64,000 nt of DNA. It comes from Cyanophora paradoxa CCMP329. Taxonomy: Eukaryota; Plantae; Glaucophyta. The DNA is taken from contig QPMI01000515.1 in NCBI GenBank assembly GCA_004431415.1, positions 124,001-188,000 of the forward strand, in the 5' to 3' direction. Numbering within the stretch: the stretch's first letter is position 1; each line of letters begins with the position of its first letter. The notes under the pieces were generated by a model, which saw only the letters and a program-made list of their open reading frames with translations, did not search any database and had not been told where the DNA came from. Below are positions 38,060-49,000 of the stretch, in pieces. Made by a program: the position numbers and the translations under genes.

Positions 38060-39270
38060 GGTACCGGCGCGGGTAGCTAGTGCCGCCGCTGCCGCGGCCC
38101 GCATGCGCAGGCCGGGTGCCAGGCTGCCAGCACTGCCAGGCCCGCAGCGGCACCGTCTGCCAGCTGGGAGTGCCTGGCGGTGGCTGGCACTGCCGTCTGC
38201 CGGCAGACTGCCGCAGCCTGGCACTGGCCCATGCCACTGGGCCAGTGGCTGCCACTAGCCTGCCAGTGGCTGGCAGTGCGCGCGGCACGCCGCGCCGGCA
38301 CCGGGCGCCGCCGCGCCGGCGCCGCCGGGCCGCACCGTCACTGCGGCAGCTGATCCGAATCATCCGAGTCGTGATCCGACCGATGATCATCGCCGAGTCG
38401 GATTGACTCATCAGTGAGGACTCTGAGGAGCCTAGCTATAGGCTATAGCCGCCCTAGTAGCGCTAGCCGGCCGGCGAGTAGGGGTGGGCGTAGTGGCTGT
38501 CCGACCCCACTGAGTCAGTGGCCCCCCCCCCCACTGGCACGTGCACCCCACTCAGTGGCGCCAGTGGGAGGGGGGTACTTGTAATTCTGCAGCGAAAAAC
38601 GACCTAAACTAAGCGAAAAAGCGCTGAGCTTTTAGGCGTTTCGCGCCCTCGATTTTACAGCGTGTTCTGGCAACAACAGGAACCTTCGTCGAGGAAAGTG
38701 CAAGCCCGACCCTTCCGTAACTAAGGGATTTCGACTCCTGCCGATGCGAAAATCGCACCGAATATGGAGAAGATCGGCTCAAAAAAGCGGAAATCCGCAC
38801 ACCAAGCTCGGATCGGGTCGATCTGACGACAAGAGCCTACCCCCACCCCAGCAATTTTCCGTCGTCCCCCCTATTTTGTATGCCACTGGCACGTTGTATG
38901 TAGTGGCGAAAAGTGCCACTGAGTGAGTCCAGTGGCGGGGTCCCACTGGCCACTGGCGCCACTGTGCCCAGCCCTACCGGCGAGCCGCGAGGCCCGCGAG
39001 TCGGGCCGCGAGTCCGCGACGGACCGACGGGCCCGGCCCCGGCGCCCGGGGGCCGGCGCCGGGGCCCGGCCGGCAAGTTGCGGCAACGGCCCGCGAGCTC
39101 AGGCCCTCAGGGCCTCAGGCCCCTCACTGGGCCCTCAGTGGGCCCTCACTGCCCCTCCGCCTGGCCTCAGGCCTCAGCACTGACTCTGCCACTGAGTCAG
39201 CAGGCTCAGCTGCAGCCTGCAGCAGGTCAGCTATAGCCTATAGGGCCGTAGTATAGGCTATAGCTAGCGC
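38060..39270. repeat. Tract saturated with odd-centred short palindromes around an AT-richer core (38580-38880)
   Basis: Repeated GCCA-C-TGGC, CCA-G-TGG, TGA-G-TCA, CAGCTG and GCCGGC. Confidence 0.55.
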
Positions 39271-40022
39271 TTCTCCGAGGCTCGCTGCAGCTGGCGTGCG
39301 CTTGCTCGTCGTGCCCCCGACGTCAACGTCGACGGCTGGAGCGGAGGAAGGCGCCGGCAGAATTGTACTGGTGAGCTCAAGTACTGGTGAGCTTTCGACG
39401 CGGTGCGCGAGGAGGCGAGCGCAACGCAATGCATGCATGATGCTGATCAGCGGCGCAGGTTGCACTGCGGAATTGCCGGACCGTCGGACGCGGACATCGA
39501 CGCGCGCGTGCCACGCCGTGCCCACGGTGCCGGGCCGCGCCGCGCCGCGGCGCCCGGCTCCGGCGCCCCGCGGCGTCGGACTGCACAGTTCGAGCACGCC
39601 ATCGATCGCGCGACGGTCGGCGATCATATCGATCGCTCGCGGATCCCCGGACCGGAGTAGCTATAGGATCATCGGCTGGCACGGCGCCGGCGCGCGCCGG
39701 CGCTCAACCTGCAGCTGGCAGCGCGCGGGTCATGATTGCAACGATGCACCGGAAGCATCGGAGCGAGCGGGGGTCGCCTTCCTCCGCGCCCGGCCGCGGG
39801 CCGTCCTTGCGCATGCATTTGCATACGGCCGGCTGGTGCGCATGCTGAAGCTTCAGTACTCATGATCATGGTCCGCGCCACGCGTACGGTACCGGTGCAT
39901 GCGCAGCCGCTGCCAGCTGACCCTACAACTAATCATCTAACATCCATGATCAGGGTCTAGGTCTTGGATGCGGGCGCGCGGCTCGCGGGCGCGTAAACGA
40001 ACGGGACCGACGTCGACCGCGG

Positions 40023-43000
40023 ATGCGCGGGCGTCGACGATCGCGAGCCTCCGGGAAGCCTCCGTTTCTCGGCCTAGGCCTCGTGGTCGTGGCATTCGCG
40101 TCCACCTGCCTTCTTTCGCTGATCCGCGCGCCTCATGCCGTCGAAGGTGCGAGATCAGCAATCTCGGATGAGATTCATGATCAGCTCACTCTTATGCGAG
40201 TTCGAAGGCGCGATGCTCTCGGAGGCCCAAGCGACTGCGTACGACGCTCTGTTCGCGGACCTGCCGGCGCCTGCGGGCATGTCTGGCAGGACGTACGCGG
40301 CCGGGGCGTGCTTCAACGGGTCCGGGCGGGTCTCGTTCATGGTCGTCGGGGGCAAGCTCTCGACCGGCTCGAGCGACGAGGCGCGCCCTCGCCGCTCGCG
40401 GACGCCCGCACTACGGTCGCCGCGCCGCTGACCGCGCGGCCCCTGCAGGTCTGGGTCTACGGCGTTGACTCGGCGGCCTGGAGCCTCGCCCCCGCCCCCG
40501 CCAGGGCCCCCTGGCCGGGCTACGGGATGAAGTGCGCCTTCGAAGTCGGCGCCTCGTTCGTGTACTGCGCGGGTGCGCGTCTCCATGGCCGCGGCCGGCA
40601 TTCGGCTCAGGCCTGCTGGCGTTGACCGCGCCGCCAACCCGCAGGGGGGCTCTATCCCTCGTCGGGCGGGGAGAATTTCTGGAGGATTTCGACCACGCTG
40701 GCCTCCGGCCCGGAGCTCTTGCCGCGCATGCCTTTCAACAGCTCGGCCGCGAGCCAGCGCACAGGCCACTGTGCGCTTCTCTTATATTAGACAACTAGTC
40801 TGAAAATGGCCCCACCGAAATCCGCAGGCGTCGCCGCCTTCAACGGCAACATTTGGGTGCGCCGAATCGTCTCAAGCTCTTTGCGCCAGTTGACCTTGGC
40901 AATCGGAATAGGTCGCGGCTGGATACGAAGCTCTATCAGGCTTCCGAAACGACCTCGTGCGGTTTGAGCGCTTCGAATTCCCGCCCACACGCGTACGCTG
41001 CGGCACACATTCCTTGGCCGATCGCGCGCTGCACGCGCAGATACTCAATCTCTGGGCGCTCCTGGTCGACAGAGGCGCGCTCGATTCGCTTCTCGCCAAC
41101 CCGATTCCGCGCCTTCTCCCCTCAAACCTGCGGCACGGCAGATTTCGAACAACAACACGCAGATGGAGGCGAGGGCCTACGGCGGCTGCGCCCGCTTGGG
41201 GAGCCGGCTTTTCCTGTCCGCTGGCGGAGTGACCGGCCCGGAAGACCTCGGCTCCGAAAGTTCTGCGAGCCTCTACCCCGACATCTAGTGCGCCTTTCGC
41301 GAACAGATCTAGATGCCTGCAGATCTAGAGCCTGTTCACGATCGCGAGATTGACTGCGAGCAGCGTGGTCGATCTCGCGGAGGGGGCCAGCCGCCGGTTC
41401 GTGTTGTTCGCGTCTTGGTATGCTCCTCCGGGGCCCTCCGCCCCAGCCCCCGCGGCCCCCGGTGCACTCCTCGGAGTCTGTTACGGGTCGCTGTTTATGG
41501 TGCCTCGACGCCGCTCGAGCCTGCCCGCGGAGACGAACGAGCTCCCTGTAAAAATGTTCGCTGAAGGTACGCTTGCAGTTGCTCGAGCTCACCGCGCTTG
41601 TGCCTGGATTCTGGATGCATATATATGGCGCTGTCCCTGCAGATGGAACGCAGCTCTACTCTGGCAGAGCGGGCATGTTTCCGAACGCCTTCGCGGCTTA
41701 CGACAGCCTGGCGTCCTTGACGGAAGCCGCCTCTCGGGACTCGTGCTCGATGTGAACCGCCGCTTCTCCTGAATCGCACGCACGCGTGGTTCTCTGACCC
41801 GCTGGCCATGGCAGATATGCGGTAGGCGGCTGGAGTTACACTTCGGATTCCTTCACGACGACGAAGCTGGAGTCCTCGGCCTATCTGATCAAAGGTGAGC
41901 TCGCAAGAACAGTACTCTACATACGCATAACGTTTTGACGCGATTCCGCACGCGTGCAGGAAAATCGCCGGCGAGCAACAACTCTCTCCCCCAGATTACG
42001 GACGTGAGAAAGTACTACCACGGCACCGCTGACTTCGAGGGCCAAGGTCGCGAACTGGCCGCCGGGACCACCTACTACGACGGCGGCGTGCTGAAATTCG
42101 CTCTGTTCGGCGGAGTGTTCGCTACTTCCAGCTACGTCCGCTACCTGTGCAAGGACGGGCGAAGTTTAGACCCCGGTGCGAGTCTCATCTCCGGATCCTT
42201 CCGGTGTATAAATGCTGATTCCCGCTTGCAGGAAGCGGCCAGTGGTCAGTCATCCCAGGAGGCAGTGAGAACACGTTCAACTCGTACGGCTTTCGCTGCG
42301 CGTCCGATGGGGGGAACTGGGTCTATTGCCTTCGTGCGCGTTTACGTGTACAGCAGAGCGTGATTCAGTTCACTTTCTTTCTCTCTGCTCACTCTGTCCG
42401 CTCTTCCATACCTGACGATCAGAGGGAAGCTCTTTCTGGAGAACGCTCGTGATCCCTCTCCTCTATTCGAAAACGAGTCTGCTCGCCCCGGCGGCGACCG
42501 TCAGCGGAGGATGTGCGCGACTGATGCTCTGCGCACGTGGCCTCTGATTTCGATCTTGCGTGCCCTAACTACAGAGCCGCCGCAGGCATGGCCTTTTGGA
42601 ACGGGAGCGTGTGGTACGCCGGCGGGATGGTGCACGACCCTGTAAAGGACACCGCCACAAGCCAGTTGCTCAGGTTAAATTCACTCCGCAAACTCTCGAT
42701 CTAGATCTTCTCAACTGCGTGAAATCGCGTTAGGTACGATGTCGCATCGAGGCAGTGGTCCTACGCGATAAGCCACGCAACGTCCGGGGTACCGGGATTT
42801 TCCCGCGCGGGTTGCGCGCGGGCGGGCTCGAAAATGTACGTCTACGGCGGCCAAGCAGTGCTGAGCGGAACGTACTACACGACGTATTTCAAGACGCTGT
42901 ACGAAGTGGATTTGGCGTATGGAGTCCCCAGGGCTTACCGACTGGTTGGAAACTACGCCGAATGTACGGACTGCGCGGTGGCTTCGTGCCGTGGCCTGCT

Positions 43001-46000
43001 CGTTTTGATTCGAACGTACTACGGCAGCTTCTTGGTCAATCCTCTCGGTGTTCACCCCCGCACTTTCTGTCGATCTTCTCGTCTCTTTGCTGAGAATGAG
43101 CTCAGATGGCGCCGTTTTGAAATCTGTTCGTGATGCGCCTTCCCTCTTAAACGCCGCATGTGCGCAGAATAATTTGATTATGGCACGCTTTGATTCTAAA
43201 CGAAATCGCATTGATTGCAATTGCACCGTCTTCAACAGATGGCTCGGACGATGCAACGTGCCAGTTGTACGCATATGCATCCTCGCATCCTTCTCCCGGC
43301 CCTTCGAATTTTCTCTGATCCTTTTCAATTAGCTTCAGTGCCACTGGCACCAATTCGCCTGGATCCACCTCACCCCTCTATCTCCGCTCTGACACAATTC
43401 AAATCAAAGTCTATCTGGCGCCAATAACAGTCGCATGGGCTTCGGCCGTTGGCGCCGGGGCCAGAAACGCATCACTGGTTCCTCTCGAAAAGAATTCCTC
43501 GGTAACACTCGCGTATTCCTCCGCAAGCCGATCTTTCGGCCCTGTTTCCGTCGGCGTTTCTCCTGCGGACGACCAGACGCCCGCTATGCCCGAGGTCGGC
43601 CTGTCTACTACGGTAGCCGGCGTCGTCGTCTGGTCGTCGGGCGGCGCGTTTAACGTGTCCGCGCTCCCTGCAAATCTGAACGGCGGCTCCTACCGCTTCC
43701 GCGTCTTCAACGCCTATGGTGATGGAGCGTACACGCCCTCCTTCCAGATTTCGCCCTGTGCGCTTCCCCCTCCTATGGCGATGGCCATGGAGCGTACACG
43801 CCCTCCTTCCAAATTTCCAAATTTCCAAATTTCCAAATTTCGCCTCTCATATCTTCCCTGGACCTCTCATATCTTCACAATTCCGGCTGTCTGAAGTTCT
43901 CGCCAGGGATTTTGATGGAAATGCAATCCCCAGCAGAGGGAACGCGAGTGGAAGTGAATGCGACTATCCCTCTCTGTGAGTTCTCGGTCGGTTGAGATCT
44001 AGACGCAGCTTTCTGATCTTAACTGCTCGAAGCTTGGAGTTCCGCGCTCTGGGCATTCGAGGCCTCTGCCTATCTCCTGCCGAGCTTCCAGAACCGCGTG
44101 TTGGTGAGCGCTTCTGGGTTCCGAAGTTCGAAAGAAATGGAGGCGCTCATAACCTCTGTGGTGGCAGTCCTGGGACGGCGTCCTCTTGGGGAAGTTCTCC
44201 GTGTCCACAGCCGCTGGCTCCGCCTGGAGCTCGCTGTTCATCCCCAATGACACCACGCCGGGAGACTTCGTCATCCAGCTCGTTGACGAGGCCAAGGCCG
44301 AGCGGAGCTGCCAGCTGTCGCGATTCTTCAGAGTGATTCCTCAAGGTGACTTTGTTTGTTGTCAAATACTCGCGCGGTGCCGTCCTCTAACTACGTATAC
44401 GTTCCGTTGGCTGCTCTCAATCGTAGTCTACCCAAGTGCTCCAGTCGTGCTGTCGGCATCATTTAATGCGACGAGTGCCTTCTTCGAATTCCTTGTCTCA
44501 TTCGCGTTAGAGCAAAACGTCTCAACGATTGAAGCGACATGCAAGGAGCACGGAAACTTGCGGGTCCATTCAGCAAGCGTGCCGACATCGGATTCGCAGG
44601 CGAACAGAGTCGAAATTTGGGTTCGAATCGCGCCCTCGCACGAGGCGAACCGGTCTCTCGCGTGCTTTGCAACGGCGGTCAGCAAGCTGGATCGGCGCAA
44701 CTCGACCGAACCCTTTCCGCTTGACATATTAGCTGGTGCGCCAAACATCGTATACGTTTACGCGGGTTCTTGTCACTCGAGCTTGACCACAAACGCAGTG
44801 CCGCCGGCCGCACCGGCTGTCATCTCGGCGACCGCTCCCAACGCGTCGCTGGCGCTGTTCCGCGTGGCGTTCGCGGCGGGCCAGAACGTCTCCTCCGTCG
44901 CCGTCGCCTGCGCGGGCTTCGGGGGACCGTACAGCGTGAGTGCAAACGCCTCGGATGCGGATGCAAGCGGGACCGACGTGCGAGTGGATCTCGCCGTGTC
45001 GTACGCGAGCGACCACACACTGGCGTGCTCCGTGTACGTTGCGAGCACCGCCGGGCTGGAAAGCGAGGCTGCGAAGCGGCTGGTCGCTGTGCCTGCAGGT
45101 TTGCGCTCTCTGGCGCCACTTTCGCGCTATCTCCGGCATGCGCTCCGTCGCTGTGCCCCGCGGATGCTGACCCGCCCGCTGTGCAGAGGCACCGGCGCCG
45201 CCGCGCATTGCCAGCGCGTTTGCGGTCAACTCGACTCTGCTCGAACTCCGAATGGCGTTCGTGGTGAACCAGAGCGTGACCGCTATCGAGGCGACCTGCA
45301 CAGACCGCAACGGGCTGTACGTGAAGAGCGCAGAGGCGCGTGAGGATATCGGAGAGGTTGTCCTGTCGCTGCAGGTCGCCATCGCATACACGAACTACAC
45401 GGTGGCCTGCACCGCGGCGGCAACGAGCGCGTCCGGCCTGCGGTCGGCGAGCGAAGCGGCGATGGTAAATGTTCCAGCCGGTGCGCGTTGTGGTGGTTTT
45501 GTCGCTGTTCGCTGCGCCAGCGGTCGTCCGCCGTCAATGCGTATATGCCGCAGTGCCGTTATTGGTTCGCTGAAGCGCTGTCGTGCAGCGCCGCCGGCCG
45601 CACCGGCTGTCGTCTCGGCGACCGCTCCCAACGCGTCGCTCGCGCTGTTCCGCGTGGCGTTCGCGGCGGGCCAGAACGTCTCCTCCGTCGCCGTCGCCTG
45701 CGCGGGCTTCGGGGGACCGTACAGCGCGAGCGCAAACGCCTCGGATGCGGATGCAAGCGGGACCGACGTGCGAGTGGATCTCGCCGTGTCGTACGCGAGC
45801 GACCACACACTGGCGTGCTCCGTGTACGTTGCGAGCACCGCCGGGCTGGAAAGCGAGGCTGCGAAGCGGCTGGTCGCTGTGCCTGCAGGTTTGCGCTCTC
45901 TGGCGCCACTTTCGCGCTATCTCCGGCATGCGCTCCGTCGCTGTGCCCCGCGGATGCTGACCCGCCCGCTGTGCAGAGGCACCGGCGCCGCCGCGCATCG

Positions 46001-49000
46001 CCAGCGCGTTTGCGGTCAACTCGACTCTGCTCGAACTCCGAACGGCGTTCGCGGCGAACCAGAGCGTGACCGCTATCGAGGCGACCTGCACAGACCGCAA
46101 CGGGCTGTACGTGAAGAGCGCAGAGGCGCGTGAGGATATCGGAGAGGTTGTCCTGTCGCTGCAGGTCGCCATCGCATACACGAACTACACGGTGGCCTGC
46201 ACCGCGGCGGCAACGAGCGCGTCCGGCCTGCGGTCGGCGAGCGAAGCGGCGATGGTAAATGTTCCAGCCGGTGCGCGTTGTGGTGGTTTTGTCGCTGTTC
46301 GCTGCGCCAGCGGTCGTCCGCCGTCAATGCGTATATGCCGCAGTGCCGTTATTGGTTCGCTGATCATGAAGTGCTGTCGCGCAGCGCCGCCGGCCGCACC
46401 GGCTGTCATCTCGGCGGCCGCTCCCAACGCGTCGCTCGCGCTGTTCCGCGTGGCGTTCGCGGCGGGCCAGAACGTCTCCTCCGTCACCGTCGAATGTGCG
46501 GGCTTCGGGGGACCGTACAGCGTGAGCGCAAACGCCTCGGATGCGGATGCAAGCGGGACCGACGTGCGAGTGGATCTCGCCGTGTCGTACGCGAGCGACC
46601 ACACACTGGCGTGCTCCGTGTACGTCTCGAGCACCGCCGGACTGCGCAGCGGAAGCATTGCGAATTCCCTTCCTTTTTTCGCGGGTCCGAGCCTTATCTA
46701 GACATCGTGTGCGGTCGCTGCGCCAACGCGCCGTTTTTGCAGAGCCTCCCTCACCGCCATCCGCCGTTTCCGGAGAGGCATTGAACGCGACGCTAGTGCG
46801 CGTGCGTGGAACCTTTGCGGCAAACCAGAACGTCTCCGCCGTGGACTTCAGCTGCGTGGGGCGCGGGGTTCCATACGCCGATGCTGCCACAGTGTCAGAT
46901 GCGGACGCCGCCGCCTTTGCGGTTCTGCTTCCGGTCTCGCCGTCGTTCTCTTCCAACTACACGTTAGTCTGTGCATTGAGGACCGTGGCTGTGGCCGGCA
47001 AACAGAGCGATGCTGTCCAGCTCGCAGTCCAAGTCCCCGCTGGTCTGTTCGAAATTGCGCCGCGTGCTTTTACTCGGCTGATCTCGCTTGCGCGCAGCCG
47101 CCCCCTGGCCTCCGCTCTCAGCGACACTGGCCGTTATTCACGAGTCAGCCGTCGGAGCCGCTGTCGATTTCGCACGAAACCAAAGCGCGAGCGCGATCGA
47201 GTACGCGTGCGCCGGGCTCGGAGGCCCGTATGCAGGAAGCTTGGGAGCGCACGAGTCGACCAGCCTGCAAACCTTTGATCGCGTCTCCTTCAACATATCC
47301 GTTCGCTCCTTCTTCAACGCCAGCTACCCTCTCGATTGCGCATTCTCCGTTCGGGCAACGTCCAGCCTCATCTCGTCGTCGACCCCCGCGTCCATCGCAG
47401 TTCCGACAGGTGCGCGGACCGGCTATGCTTGCGTCTGCAGCGCGGCAGGCCTCACATCCACAACAGCCACTCCGTGGAGCCCGTCAATTACGTCGCTCGT
47501 TGTCGGCAACGCGACGGAGATCGCCTTCACTGTCGGCTTCACACAAGGGCAGAGCGTCGACCGTGCTCAAGTACAGTGCACCGGCCGCGGCGGGCAGTAC
47601 GTGGCTGAAGGCACAGCTCCCATCTTCGATCCGGCGTCCGAGAGCGTTCGCGGGTCGATGCAGGTGGCAATGTCTGAGGCGACCGCCGGCCGCTACGTTC
47701 TGACGTGCCAAGCGTCCGTCCGTTCGTCGGGGGGCAAGTCGTCGACCTGGTCGGCCCCGGCGGCCGTGACTGTGCCAGGCGAGGGGCTTCATTCGGATTG
47801 CAGACTTCGTGTCGCTGAGTTCTGCGCAGGCGTCTTTTCAATGGCAGCCACTGAATTGCGGAGGCCCGATCGCTTAATTTCGGCTGGCGTCCTGAGCCTC
47901 GTTGGCGCCTCTTCCGTTTTTCGAAGCCCCTCCGGCCGTTCTATGGTTGCTTTCTTCGGGGCTCAGCAGTCCAATCCGAGCACAGAGTCTGAGAGCGCGA
48001 TCTACGTTTACGACAAAGGCGCGCTCTAACTGCAGAGTTGATATTCGAATTCACGTCAACATTCGCTCACACGTAACCTCAGAACTACAAGAGTGGACGG
48101 AAGCCGCGGTGCGCGCTCCGATGCGCGCGCAGGGCCTTAAATGCGGATGGGACTCCTTTCAGACTATTTTCTGCACAGGTGCCGCTTGTGCAGTGACCGC
48201 CGCAGGTCGTCTCCGTTTCTGATTGGCATTGCAGGGGGATACACCGGCTCTGCTGAAAGCACCGTAGCGAGCTCAGACGTCTGGGCGTACTCTGTGGCTT
48301 TGGATGCCCGATTGAACCTCCCCAGCATGCCCGTCACGAGGGCGAACCATTGCTTCGCTGTTTTCAATCGGACGCTGTGGGTGCGTCTGCTGATTCCAAC
48401 GCGTCGCGGTGCCGCGATGACTTGCGCAAAGATCGCCGGCGGGATCGGCGCCGACGTCGGCAGCGCAGTGGCAGCGGTGCCGAGGAACGATCTTCTCAGG
48501 TCGGGCTGACGTCGCGCTTTTCCATTCTGCTTTCTGCGCCTTCTGATCGCCGCTCCAACGCCAGCCTTGCCGTTTCGAGCTCCAGAACCGAATGGCGCAC
48601 AGAAATCGCCCAAGGAAACCTCGGCATGCCGCCGCTGGCAAACCCCTCCTGCGCCCGAATAGGTGCGACTAGCCCGTGTCTTGGATGCGCCCTTCCGCGT
48701 GTCGTTTATATATCCGGCGCAGACGCGCGCTGGTTCATAGTGGGCACGCCAGACGGTGCAAACACAGTCACCCTGCAGTGCGCCCGGACCCATCCCCGTC
48801 CCCCATGGCCACCTTCAGCCAACTGCCTTCGAATTCTGAACTCGAACGAAGCGAGGTGGACCTCGGCGGAAGCGCAGCGGGCCGGCGCTCGTACCGCCTC
48901 GTCGGCGCAGTGCCATCCGCTCCCTCGGCGGCTTTCGGCCTGGGCTCCTGCCACGGCTTTCTTTTTGCCGCCTTCGCGGACTCGACGCTACTGTTCCTGG

